64,000 bases of DNA, from the NCBI GenBank assembly GCA_002269645.1, contig NIVC01001177.1:124001-188000 (forward strand), given 5' to 3'. The notes below the pieces were generated by a model that did not search any database, had not been told where the DNA came from, and saw only the letters and a list, made by a program, of their open reading frames with translations. The stretch is from Macrostomum lignano (Eukaryota). The first letter of the stretch is position 1; each line of letters opens with the position of its first letter. The position numbers were made by a program, and so were the translations under genes. Positions 48,501 to 64,000 of the stretch are shown here, piece after piece.

Positions 48501-51383
48501 CTGCTTCAGAGAGAAGTGGCAGACCACCTTGACGGCGGCCGCCTACGTAGCCTCTCCACTGAGGACTCAGCCGCGGCTGCACAGGCACCGAAGGACAACG
48601 TCGCCGGGGAGCGAATGTTTGCGGCACTAGACTACTCAGTCCAGGGCAAGCCGCACATGAGGCTTCTGGCCAGGGAGTCCACCGTCCTGTTCGGCCAGAA
48701 TCGCACCGCCGACTGGCTCCGGGAAAAGTCCGAGGGCGAGAAGGACCTCATCTTGACCCGGGCCCGGGCCCTTGCGCCGCTGATGGAGAGTCGGGCAGCC
48801 AGATTGGCAACCCTGAATCGTGAGCGACGCCAGGAGCTCATGCGGCGCAAGCTCGATGAGAGGCAGCGCAAAAAGCAGCAGCGTGCGGCCAACCTGCGCA
48901 ACACCATCAGTGGCGTCGAGTCATACGGAGGCATGTGGCGCACCGCAGAGGGTATGGCCAGTAATCTGGCATCGCTGCAGCCTGCCGAACAGGAAACTGC
49001 AATAAAGGCGCAACTGCGGCTCCACAAGTGTACCAGTAAGTCTGAGCAAGCTGCGTTACCTTTCTTATTCAAAACAGTGACATAACAATTTACAAATGCC
49101 AAAAAAGCTCGTAACTTTATGTAACTTGTCAAAGAAAAGTCTGATATAAGTGGAAAAAGTGTACATTTACAAAAATATTACTTCATTTATCACAGAGATG
49201 GTCCTGCCGAAGGATAAGAGCCATCTGCTTAACTTCTCGGCTCGTGGCGTGCGCTTTTCTTTGGCCCAGCTGCACCAGAATCTGGAAGAAGTTCTGGAAA
49301 TTCTGGCACAGCAGACGGAGGCAGCACAGCAGTCAGCCACGCCACATTCCGGCTCGACCCTGGCATCCGAAGTTCGCGAGGAACGTGTCAAATCCGCCGT
49401 CCAGGCCATTTTGTCCAAAGCGAGCGGGCCACCTGCTGCCTCCACAGTGAAGAAGGCCAAGCCCCCCAATGCCAGTGTGCAGCGCGGTAGAGGACGTGGC
49501 CGTGGCAAAGGACACCAGCGTGAAGGAGGCCGAGGCCGAGGGCGTGGTCGCGGCGCCCGGCCTTCAGCTACGGTCTCCAGTGATGAGGCCAGCGCGGATG
49601 CCCAGCCAGACAGCACGCAATCAGGCCTGCCGCGTCTCTATGCCGGTCTCCGCATCGAAATGCTCTTCGCGTACGTCGACGAAGACTCCGACGTAGCGGA
49701 CTATGAAGAATGGAACGCTGGCTACATCATCCGGCAGGTGCCAACGCCAGGATTGAGCCGCGACGTCCTCGACCAGCGCTTCCTAGTCGAGTTTGACGAC
49801 TTTCCTGGAAAGCCGGTGCCCTACGACCTGTACCGCGACTACATTCGCGGCGACCTTCGCATCCTGGCCAACGACTGGGACAGTGATGATTAAAAAGCAA
49901 ATGTTAATTAAATTAAACGGGAGTCATTGCCTCATTGAATACTAAGTGTAAAAAATGAATGACAAATGGGCAAATGGCTTAAAGAAAAACAATATACCTT
50001 CTACTTTCTAATTGCATAGTACGTTTATTTTTATTTTATGAATGCTTTTAAAATTAAAGTGTAAGAAGGACCACAAATGTAAATACACCTTAAACGTCGA
50101 CATTGTTTAAGAAGTGAACTTGTAGTATTAAAGAAAAGGTATTTAATTAGTGGTAAAAAATGACCTTGCAAAAAAGTCACTCACTTGCAAGGAATCTCAA
50201 GGACAAATTCAACTTTTTAAAGTTAAAACTTCAGTAACTCTGAATAATATGTAGTTAATAAAATGGTTATTTGTTAAAAATATATAAATAGTACTAGTAG
50301 TAGTAGTAGCTCAGAATTAAAATGCTTCTCAATACAGATTGACTTAACTAAATTGCCTACGTAAAATGTTGGCCAATTTAGCAGTAGGATGGGAGTTAGA
50401 GTCGCTGACCAGGCGACTGCCAGGGATCACTTGTTGGGATAGCTATATACTGATTACTGGGGGTCAGAAATTCAGCAGCTTTCCAATGGAAGCCTCCACA
50501 GTGACCCCCAAGGCTGAAATAAATCATGACTGCATTAAGTTTCACTTCTCCTTTCTATTTTTTGCAATAAAGAACTAAAAAGTAATGAAAAATTCGTTTT
50601 TTTCATATTTTCTATGTAAGTAGTACAAAGTAGTTTGCATGCACATGAATGCAGGAAAAACAAAAAGAAAAGTTTCTCAAAACGGACACACAATGAGTGG
50701 GCTGCACACGTTTCATCTATTTTACATTTCAATAGGGGCGAAGAATGTGCAAATACAACTGCGTCGGTCTGTTTAAAAAAAAATGACAAGCCTTTTTCTA
50801 TTTTAAATGGCAAAATACATGTAGAAGTATAAAAAATATAAAGTTCAATAACTTTTTTCGGACAACACCGATGCACAAGCAGTTCTTTGCGAACGGCTGG
50901 TATGAAGTGCCACTTTCATACATTAAACTGAATTAGTGCGTCGGAGATCGACTAAATACTTTTTTTGGGCAACAAAATTTTTTATCGCTTTATATAGTCC
51001 ATAAAAAAACTTTTTTTCTTTCAAAAATACAGTTACTGGTTTGTCTTAAATGTGAACATTGCATATTAGTAGCGAAACTTTGTTAAAATGTACCCTTTTG
51101 TGGAAAAAAAACTTTTTTTGAAATGTGATTTTCATTTCAAAATGGAGCCAATGCGATTCGTTACCGTAAAATGTATCCACTTTGACTGGTCACCGCATTA
51201 ATTGTAGTGCATTGTTTTGTCTCCATTTTTTTTTTAAATAACAACAGTGTTCTTTACTTTTTAGGGTATACTTTGGTTTTTCTTTATGTGCAATACTTTT
51301 TTTCTGGTACGCCAACAAAAAATATCATTTTTTGCTAAAATTCGTGTTTTTTTCAACTTACGGTAATCTCACTGGACAGTCTA
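45516..51383 (+). mobile_element. hAT-like (probably hATw-type) DNA transposon, 5868 bp
   Basis: 16-bp TIR TAGGCTGTCCAGTGAG / CTCACTGGACAGTCTA (15/16), perfect 7-bp TSD TATATAG (45509-45515 and 51384-51390), and an internal spliced transposase. The subgroup call rests on recalled 7-bp TSD length. Confidence 0.85.
47096..49893 (+). CDS. Transposase, join(47096..47335,47568..48353,48477..49035,49196..49893), at least 760 aa, with an RG-rich segment and a C-terminal Spindlin-like Tudor domain; 5' exon unresolved
   Basis: The four exons splice in frame with no stops. Motifs FLMTDR, FCGMH..NLA (CxxH), FRGNRL.V.F and PKDNVAGERMF (NxxxERxF) are typical of hAT-clan DDE enzymes. Confidence 0.8.
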
Positions 51384-51489
51384 TATATAGAAATAGTTAA
51401 TATAGTAGTATTGTAGTAGGGCCTAGACCTAATATAGGCCTACACGAAGATAGATTAAATATCAGAACATCTGCACGATTTCTTTCAAT

Positions 51490-54400
51490 ATGAGCGAGTT
51501 ACCCCTAATTCCGAAGTGCAAGGAAGTTATTTTTGATACTGGCAACATTCTTTCATGGAGCAGGTTGAGAAAGAAACCACTCGTTTCTGGAACAGATGAG
51601 GTATGTCTATTGTCTAATGTTATACCTATATATCAATGACATTGTTTTGAATTCAGTATCATCATTTTGTTGTTTTGTTTCATTTTTAATCTTGGTGTTT
51701 TAATTTCTGTCCATATTTCTACCTTAGGGTCTACTTAATACTAGAGGGGCCTAAGTCAAACAACTAAAGAATAAAGTCAAGGGCAATTAGTAGGGGGCCT
51801 ATTGTATCTTTCATATTTAGCTTTGCCTTATAGCTATTTATTTTATAAAATATTTAGCCCTTTTAATGTTTTAATAAAATAATAAATCTAAAATATGCTC
51901 TAAAAAGGTTGTAGGGCCCATAAAAGAAATATAGGCCTAGTAATGGTAATAGTGTAGTTTACAATATATATAGGGGCCTAAGTTATAACATTTATAGGCC
52001 TAGCATGGACAGCATATTGTCTTGTACAATAATAATATATTATTATTATACAACAATGTACCTGGTCTGGAATATTAGAATAGAGTGAGTATTGCCATTG
52101 GTCAAGAATTGTTCATACATGCACAATAGTCAGCCAAGTCGGCCAATTTGGCAAACCAATTTGGCGGCCAACTAAGTGAAGTCACAAAAATGCCCATCCA
52201 AATAAGTACCTAAGTAGTACTAAGTAGATAATGAGGCATTTTGCCTTAATAAGGCAGTCATAAATTTCCTGCCATTTACCCAAAGTTGCATTAATTTTGC
52301 TTTAGCGTTTCTTTTATATGTAAGTTGCATTTTTGGCCAAAAACTTGCATTTTTTGTTAAAACTAAGTTGCATGGCAGACTGAATTTTGGAGGTTGCGCA
52401 TGTTTGTTAAGGTTATTGAATATTGTTAACCTCTGGAATTATTGGATTTATCATTGATTAGCCTAATAAAAATTGGGTTAGGGCCTAGATTATAGGCCTA
52501 GCCTTATAAGAATAGCTACAGAAATGGCATATAATAAATTGCCATAGAAGTAGTTAAATTATAATGCTACATGTACATTATACCTTTGCAAAGTTTATTA
52601 TATGAGGGGTGTCCAAAAATAGTGATACTTTTAACTGTAGCTCTTGTTCTATAGCTTCCAGTGATTTAAAATTTTATAAACTGATAGCAGAAAATCTCTT
52701 CTACAGACTGCTTTTTGAATTTTTAAATTGATACTAGATAACAAGAGTTGTACCCATGAAAGTGGCAGTGCCTGTACCATAGAGTTACAAATTATAGGCT
52801 GAGCTTCACGAGATCCATGCTGAGTAAGCTTTGATGAATTGTTGATTTTGGCTTGTCCAACTTGTCAGTGATCTCTCTAATGGTCATTCGGGAGTCCTCA
52901 TCAAGAAGATCCAGAATGGAGTCCGCCAGTACATCAGGTCAATGAAAGTATGGCCACCCTGTCCGATGCTGATCTGCCAAGTCAGTCCTTCCCTTTGCTG
53001 AACTGCTCAATCCATTGATAAATTGTCATTTTGCTGACCACAGAGGATCCATGTGTAGAGCAAATTTTGCATGAATTTCTAAGGCTTTATGGCCAGCGCC
53101 CCAAAGAGTGAAGATGGTACTTTGCTGAGCAACAACTGAGTGCACATCCATGTGTGTTGTCAAGTATGGGCAATGAAATCATGAACGAATCGCAAAATGC
53201 AACTCCTCTGTTTGCAAGTAAAGTAATGAATTTAATGCTTTATTTTTCTGCGCATGATCCTGTCCATAGAAAAATTTCAGTCAGTCACAGTGAGCATCAT
53301 TTTGCAATTGGGCTTTGGTATTGCTTAAACAAGACATTTATCGATGCCTTCTTAATGAATGAGTACAGAAGTCAACTATTATAAATTTCAATATAGTTTG
53401 TGTAACTCTATGGTACAGGTGCTGTTGCTTTTGTGGGTATAACTTTTGTTCTCTAGTATCAATTTTTTAAATTCAAAAAGCAGTCTGTAGAAGAGATTTG
53501 CCACTATCAGTTCATAAAATTTTAAATCACAGGAAGCTCTAGAATGAGAGCTATGGTTAAAAGTATCACTACTTTTTGGACATCCCTTGTATTTCATACC
53601 ATGCCATGCAGTGAATTGGCAATGAAATTTTGGGTCTAAAAATTTGCTTTTTGGCTTATCTATAGATAGTGTAATAGGTGTCTGTACACAGGCATAACAA
53701 AGCCCTAAAAAGAATATAAAAAATATAATCATTGTGATATTAGTTTTATATTGCAATTATGTAAGTCTTCCATATCAGTTTTTGACACCTATTTAAAGTG
53801 AAAGTCTGCCATAGCCACACTTTGGCAAAAGTTGTTGTGGTACTGGTACTACAATTTTGCAATAAATGTCTATTTTACCTAAGTATAATGCTTATAAATG
53901 TATTCTGTGTAGTGTATGCACAGAATCTAAAATTGTATTCCAATATAGTTTAGCACAATCAAAAGTTTTTATAGGAGATGGATAGACCCAAGTAAAGGGA
54001 TGGCTCTGTATTTTGGCAAAAATTTGCTTGGTCCCCCCATTGATTTTTTCTGGTTTCTGCTTACAGGCTAAGGCAAAGCTGACCATCTTTTCTACCCTTC
54101 TGGTTATACCCCTATTCCAATAGAGAATTGTAATAAGCCTTTTATCTAGTGGGGCATTTGGTGTTTTTATATTGATAGTAATAGCCAGAAATAATTCAAT
54201 TCAATGTTGAATATGATACTACTATACTTTTTCCAATAATTGTATATTATTTAAAATAAATAATATCATATAGGCCTATTGATTTGGCTATCTCTATTAT
54301 AGAAAATTTTTAGTAAGTTTTCAAGTTTAAAAGTCATCAGTATATAGACACCTTATTTCCAAAATTTGTTTAAGTAATAAAAAAGTTATAGCATTTTTTG

Positions 54401-54982
54401 TGTCAAACAATGTTTGGTTTCATTTGTATGACTATTGTATCAGTCCAGAATCTGATTCTAATTAACACAGATCCTTGACAGCACAGACTCCCTAGTGAAG
54501 TGCTGGTTAAAGCAGCAAGCAGATTCGGATGCCCTGCAGAAAGCTGAGCAGATCAGAGTTTGCTGTCCAATTCATGGCAACCAAGCTGAACTGGAGCGAT
54601 CTCAGATGACGCCTGAGCAGCGTGCTGAACTGCGCATTAACCTCAAGGTGAGACATGGTCTAGTTCTTTTACCTCTTATAAATTCATTAGTGACACTGAC
54701 TGACTGAATGGCTGACTGACTGACTGACTGACTGACTGACTGACTGGCTGACTGACTGACTGACTGACTGACTGACTGACTGACTGACTGACTGACTGAC
54801 TGACTGACTGACTGATTGACTGACTGACTGACTGACTGACTGGCTGACTGACTGACTGACTGACTGGCTGACTGACTGGCTGACTGACTGACTGACTGGC
54901 TGACTGGCTGACTGACTGACTGACTGACTGGCTGACTGACTGACTGGCTGACTGACTGACTGGCTGACTGGCTGACTGGCTG

Positions 54983-55013
<31 letters not shown>

Positions 55014-55754
55014 AACTAGTAGATAACTAATTAACTAACTATCTAACTAGCTAATTAAATAAAACAGCTAGGAGGCAATCCAGTTACTAATCCCTTTTAA
55101 GTTGTAATTCTACCTAATAATATATTTAATAAAAATGTTGCTGGACAATTGACTAATCAACCGACTGACACACACGCGCAGGTGACCATCTGGCCAAATG
55201 CTTACCGCCACGGCGCAATCAGCGAGGCCGTACAAGAGGCTTTGACCTCGCTGTCGGCCACAGACTGCGACAGCATAGTCCTGAGCATCGCCGGCAACAG
55301 CTGGTCAAGGCCGCCTAACGCTGGCGGCCTGCTATTGAACGACGTGAAGCCGCTGTGGCTGGAATTGGAAGAGCTGCACTGCGCCGATGTTGTGGCCAGC
55401 TTAGGCGCCGCTGACTTTGTGCCGGATCTGCTTGAGTCGCTGCACCAATGGGCTAAGGAGAAACCGAGGATCTGCCAGCTGCATACTCAGGTGAGGCCCT
55501 GGCTGTTAAATTAGTAGTAGTGGTAGTAGTGGTAGTAGTAGTAGTAGTAGTAGTGGCAGTAGTAGTGGCTGTAGTAGTGGCTGTAGTAGTAGTAATAGTA
55601 GTAGTGGCACTAGTAGTAGTAGTATTTGTAGTAGTAGTAGTGACAGTACTAGTAGTAGTGGCAGTAGTAGTAGCGGTAGTAGTAGTAGTATTGGCAGTAG
55701 TAGTAGTAGTAGTAGTAGTAGTGGCACTAGTAGTAGTAGTAGTAGTAGTGGCAC

Positions 55755-55799
<45 letters not shown>

Positions 55800-55802
55800 C
55801 AC

Positions 55803-55856
<54 letters not shown>

Positions 55857-55859
55857 CAC

Positions 55860-55892
<33 letters not shown>

Positions 55893-56596
55893 CAGTAGTA
55901 GTGGCAGTAGTAGTGGTAGTAGTAGTGGCAGTAGTAGTGGCAGTAGCAGTGGCAGTAGTCGTGGCAGTAGTAGTGGCAGTAGCAGTGGCAGTAGTCGTGG
56001 CAGTAGTAGTGGCAGTAGCAGTGGTAGTAGTAGTGGCAGTAGTAGTGGTAGTAGTAGTGGCAGTAGTAGTGGCAGTAGCAGTGGCAGTAGTCGTGGCAGT
56101 AGTAGTGGCAGTAGCAGTGGCAGTTGTCGTGGCAGTAGCAGTGGCAGTAGCAGTGGCAGTAGTAGTGGCAGTAGTCGTGGCAGTAGCAGTGGCAGTAGTC
56201 GTGGCAGTAGCAGTGGCAGTAGTAGTGGCAGTAGTAGTGGCATTAGTAGGCCTAGTAGATCAAATCGACAGTACACCTGCCGCAACCAGCGGGGAGGCCA
56301 GCCAGTCACATTCTGAATCCCCTAACCTTCAGGTTGCCTGCACAACGCCGTTACGATTGCGTAACTTTGCCAGCGCCAACGGAATGCAACTGCTGACCCA
56401 TAGCGATAGTCCAGATCCGTTGCCTAGCGACCGGTTGCAACAAGCGGTTGCTAAGGCCTTCAATCGCGAGTCGGACGGCCAGGGCTGGCAGCCTCGCTGG
56501 CTGGTCCGTGTGTCCAGCACCGTTCGCGACCGGGGCGTAGTGAAAACCTGGGGCTACGTGTACAAAGTTCAGCGGAATAACATTGTGCCAATGTAA
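51490..56596 (+). CDS. GCLM: Glutamate-cysteine ligase modifier subunit, join(51490..51600,54471..54647,55182..55490,56333..56596), 286 aa
   Basis: TGNILSWSRLRKK, DVKPLWLELE, LHQWAKEKP, QLLTHSD and WLVR.S..VRDRGVVKTWGY match GCLM. All introns are GT-AG and phase 0. Confidence 0.92.
52114..52406. mobile_element. hAT-type MITE, old inverted copy of the 28829 family
   Basis: Colinear reverse-complement alignment with 28829..29138 and the same TIRs. Most CpGs are mutated and no TSD is recognisable. Confidence 0.85.
52601..53591 (-). mobile_element. Non-autonomous mariner relic in GCLM intron 1
   Basis: TA-flanked inverted repeats of about 45 bp (tatgaggggtgtccaaaaa-tagtgatactttt versus tacaagggatgtccaaaaagtagtgatactttt). 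Minus-strand HTH peptide GRTDLADQHRTG..LLDEDSRMTIREITDKL..TIHQSL; DDE domain absent. Confidence 0.8.
54705..55040. repeat. (TGAC)n grading into (TTAC)n microsatellite
   Basis: GCLM intron 2. Confidence 0.95.
55513..56250. repeat. (GTA/GCA/GTG)n microsatellite
   Basis: GCLM intron 3; source of the poly-Val and poly-Leu ORFs. Confidence 0.95.
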
Positions 56597-57249
56597 GATT
56601 TTAGATTATTCATTCTTAATAGTTGGTTGGGACAATGACTACTAAATCAGAACGGTTTAGGCCTGGCACTTGGTTTCTTGGAATCGTTTTTGAAGGCCTT
56701 TAAAAATAGTAGATTATTGTTATGTTTCATATTATATTACTTAAACTCATTTTATTTCCAACAACATTTAGGCATTTTCCCTCTATAGTTTTTGATTGAG
56801 TGTGTTTTTATTTGGCAATAGAAAAAAATTATGTTTTTCTTATGGCAATCTAAAATAAAACATTATTTAGTTCTTTCTGGCATATGATATTTTTATACAT
56901 TATTTCTAAATGTTTTTCATTAGCAGATTTAAACTATTTGCATGCAACGAAACGGTTATTAAGAACTTAGTGCCGCCACTTCAGTATGAATATGTTTCTT
57001 ATGCATCCGTATTTTATAGTTTATTTTGCAATACAGTTCTATTCAGTCAGATCTGCAGATCGTCAATGATAATAGCTTTTTTCTTAAGATTTTCGTTGTT
57101 CCAGCTTTTGGTATTTGCGTATAAATTTTGTGTATGAAATATACAGAATTTGTTCAGCAGAACAAAATTGCGGCACTCTAGATATGCTGCGATTCTCTAA
57201 TGCTACATCTTTTAATTTCTGCGTTTTGGCTGAGTTTTTTATTACCCAG

Positions 57250-57795
57250 TTCCCAGGTCAGCCTCCCAGATCCTCAGTTGCTGGGCCAGCCTACCGGATC
57301 CTCAGTTCCTGGGCCAGCCTACCGGATCCTCAGTTGCTGGGCCAGCCACCCAGATCCTCAGTTGCTGAGCTAGCCTACCCGATCCTCAGTTGCTGGGCCA
57401 GCCTCCCAGATCCTCAGTTGCTGGGCCAGCCTACCGGATCCTCAGTTGCTGTGCCAGCCTACCCGATCCTCAGTTGCTGGGCCAGCCTACCCGATCCTCA
57501 GTTGCTGGGCCAGCCTCCCAGATCCTCAGTTGCTAAGCCAGCCTCTCAGATCCTCAGTTGCTTAGCCAGCCTCCCCCAGATCCTCAGTTGCTGGGCCAGC
57601 TTCCCAGATCCTCAGTTGCTGGGCCAGCTTCCCAGATCCTCAGTTGCTGGGCCAGCTTCCCAGATCCTCAGTTGCTGGGCCAGCTTCCCAGATCCTCAGT
57701 TGCTGGGCCAGTCTCCCAGATCGTCAGTTGCTGGGCCAGCCTCCCATATCCTCAGTTGCTGGGCCCGCCTCCCATATCCTCAGTTGCTGGGCCAC
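57250..57795 (+). repeat. 28-bp minisatellite, locus 2 (cctcccagatcctcagttgctgggccag)n
   Basis: About 19 units, intergenic. Confidence 0.95.
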
Positions 57796-59633
57796 CGCCA
57801 CTACCTGGCGAGTTCTACTCGTACATGCGCGAGCTACATGTACACATGAATCAGCACCACCCGAGAGCGTACATGGACATGTGAATTTTTGCTACACGGC
57901 CTCCTAACTATGGCTAAATGTAAAGGCCGTAATTGCAATAAGCTGCCGACCCCAATCATACATTTTCAACTCAATCTTTATTTGCAGATCTTCAATACAC
58001 GTATAAAATGTAAACTTCGTGCACCAGGGCAAGCTTCAGTTTCTGCATGTGGGACACTTAAGCACAAAATAAAGGTCAGCAATCAGATAGCAACACAGGT
58101 GTCCTAAACTAAAATTCACTGCTGCAAACAAACTTGTTTTTTTCTCCAATATAATCTAGTCCGCGCGAGTTTACGGTATTTGCGCGCTAAAGCCTTTATC
58201 AGTTCGGCACTTGAAACCAGCCGCCTCTCGGCGCTGGTTGGGTAGCCATTCTGACCGAGATAATATCAGGATTCAATTCGTGCAAAACGCTTTGCTTACG
58301 ATCGAGTTTGGAAAAATGATGAGGCAATTCAAAGTCGGATAAAAAACGCACAGCGGCGGCAGTTAATGGTGACAGAATTTTATAATTTCACTTTTTTGAG
58401 CGCCAATCCATTTAATTAGATTCAAACAGTCGTGCGCAAACCGCACTACTTGATTTGATATCGGTGTATTTATTAATTTTAGTTGTTAATGCAAATACTT
58501 TTGATTTTTTCTCTAGACTCAAACAAGAAATGGCAGCTGTCCAGACGGCCCATGGAGTATATTTGTTTTATTCGCTACCAGCCTGAATAATAATTGATAG
58601 CCGAAAAAACACAACCCGGAAACAGGAAACAAACTAATCGTGCACGCAGTCAAACGGGTTACAAGTAGCATTTTAGTAGTATGCAACGGGTGTCTAGCAT
58701 CAGGAAAAAGATTTTTTATTTTTTTCATCATTTACCGTATAATTTGTTTAATAGAGTACTAATATTATTATATTAATTGCAACAGCGAAGTAGGAACAGG
58801 AGGGAATCGGATGAGTTATGAGGACAATTAATTTCGAGACTTTGCTTTACTCACCCTTTTCTAATAACGGAAATGCGATGGGAGATTATTAATTTTTAAT
58901 TACTAAGCGTCCGAACAGAGGATACAGGGCGGTCTTTTGAAAAACTGCACAGTCACAAAAAGTCATACTATATTTTGCGAATGAAGATTTTATAACACCT
59001 TTCTGGGATTAAAAATCAGAAATTTCTATTCCGCTGTCGGTGGTATATTGGCAGCCTGGGAATAACAGTCGGCATTTACAGTGCAGATTGCAATTAGCAT
59101 ATAGTTACTATAAATAACTTACTAAGACAACGAGCCCCTTTAAACGCTGTTTCATTTTGAATGTTGAAATTATCATAACAGCAGGCAAATAGATTAGGGA
59201 GAGTGATGAAAAATGAGGAGGCGACAAATGAAGAAAGTGTCCGACAAAAAAATCAAAAAAGAAAACACGAACAAACAAGCAAACAAGACAAGACAATTAA
59301 GACGAGACGGTCTGATTCTGGATGGAAGGGAATTACCGAAGCATGTAAAGATATTGGCAAAATACAAGCTACCAAAGAATAATTAGAGACAAGAAAAAGA
59401 GGTCGAGAAACTGAGACTAAGCGTTTTATCTGCAACTTTAAGCCGATTGGCTGGGAGGGGGGCTAGGAATATTGCACCCACCTCACTCCGCGAGACTCTG
59501 ATTGGCTTTAATTAAATCTCTTTGTTTCTCAGCCCCTCTCTTGCCCTACGCAGATAAGTTAGTCAATAGGCAATGATGCAGAACACAGGCTAGTGCTGAT
59601 AACATCAATCTAACTGTTCCATGCTTCTGTCTT

Positions 59634-62715
<3,082 letters not shown>

Positions 62716-64000
62716 TATTGTTTGAGTTTGAGAGTTCAAGAGCATGCATTGAAATATTGGATAAGATATAGAAATAGCAGTTAATATAGTTAGATAGCAA
62801 TCTATAAAGAAGCATTTGCTTAACTAATTAAATTCAATTTGATAATGTTGAGAAAGTTAAACATAAACTTAATAATATAATTCTAATGTTTTGATATAAA
62901 GTTTTGTATTCAACTTTTTTAAGAAATTAAATTCATATTACTCTAGATTATGATTATAAAATATTTTTTTAATGAAATAATAAACAATTGCTAGTTATAG
63001 ATTTTTTATGATATATTAATATAGCAATGTATTTTAAGATTTTTAAGTAGAATATATATGGATCACTTTACAATATATTAATTAATGACTAGACTAACTG
63101 GTATAGCTGTGATAAGCTTGGAAATAGTATATGTAATGCATAGGCATAGCTAGTAACTTTTTAAGAGACTAATCATTTAATATAAAGAAGTATAATAAAA
63201 CCATAAAAAGGAAAGATGAAAATGGTATTTTGGTAAAAGTGGCTTTTTATTTACCTTTATAGCTTTTTTGAACCTTTACTAAATCCAAAGGATAGCCAAT
63301 TTTCATTTGGTACCACCTTAGTCTTAGATCTTAAAGCCATAAACTAAAAGACAATTTTAACTATTTTATTTAAGATATTTTATAGCATATAAACCTATAT
63401 ATGGCTATATTTGAAAAGTCAGGACAAGTAGAAATATCATTATTAGGGATAAAAATAAAAGTTTTAACTAGCTTTTTTCAATCAAAGAGTAATTAATATT
63501 TATTGAAATTTCTCAAAGACATTTTTGCCTTGACTAACAATTAATTATAATTTGCCTTTTTAATAACACTATAAAACTAATAATATAACATGTCATTTTT
63601 TATTATTTATAACTATATATATCATATGCTTTTAAAATGTTATTTAAACACTTTTGTTCAATTTAACACTGATTCTAATTCTAATATATAAAAGTCCCAA
63701 ACTATAGGCCTATATAAATAAAATTTTCTAAATGATTACACATGATGTCACCCAGACCAAATATCCAATATTTAGGCGTATTATCGTACAGCTAGTTTGT
63801 TAAAGAGCTAAGCTATCTGATCTAGACTATATTATATAAATAAAGTTAAGGGGAAAATATTAGTAATACTCCCAAATTCCAATGCCAATGGCAATAGAAA
63901 GTAGAAACTCGACTCGAATTGTGAAGCTCAGTAGGTCGAGTAGGCCTAGACCAAGCAGTTCGCAGTTGCAGATGCAGCATGAAATTGAGCAAGATTTTGT

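Noticed and set aside
55520-56332. Poly-Val N-terminal extension of the last GCLM exon
   Set aside because: It is a (GTA)n intron. Splicing 55490 to 56333 restores the exact GCLM spacing KPRICQLHTQVACTTP.
58155-58180. Possible pogo/Tc1-like terminal sequence (tagtccgcgcgagtttacggta)
   Set aside because: No matching opposite end found.
62716-64000. ERSE/UPRE element upstream of BiP
   Set aside because: No CCAAT-N9-CCACG or TGACGTG match seen; the promoter may lie beyond the window.

Overview
This is animal genomic DNA, not prokaryotic. It has GC-rich spliced exons, AT-rich introns packed with micro- and minisatellites, and many transposon relics. The style suggests an invertebrate such as a free-living flatworm, which is inference only. 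Six host genes can be spliced in frame by hand: an uncharacterised multi-pass membrane gene behind a perfect RFX X-box (+), a TTC17-like TPR gene (-), an 11-exon TMEM63/OSCA channel (+), an 8-exon uncharacterised gene with a C9orf43/DUF4647-like N-terminal motif (-), GCLM (+) and HSPA5/BiP (-). Mobile DNA includes a 5'-truncated Penelope retroelement with inverted terminal repeats that each carry a hammerhead ribozyme, a tRNA-derived SINE, a deleted Gypsy relic, a DUF4806-like pseudogene, a mariner relic and hAT MITEs. The top candidate for novelty is a 5.87-kb hAT-like element (16-bp TIRs, 7-bp TSD). Its spliced transposase ends in a Spindlin/Ssty-like Tudor domain, and it has landed between two divergently transcribed genes. 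Also notable are strong, regional CpG decay in repeats, a tandem array of RFX X-boxes inside a TMEM63 intron, and one 28-bp minisatellite found at three separate loci. All family assignments come from motif recognition from memory; no database searches were run.
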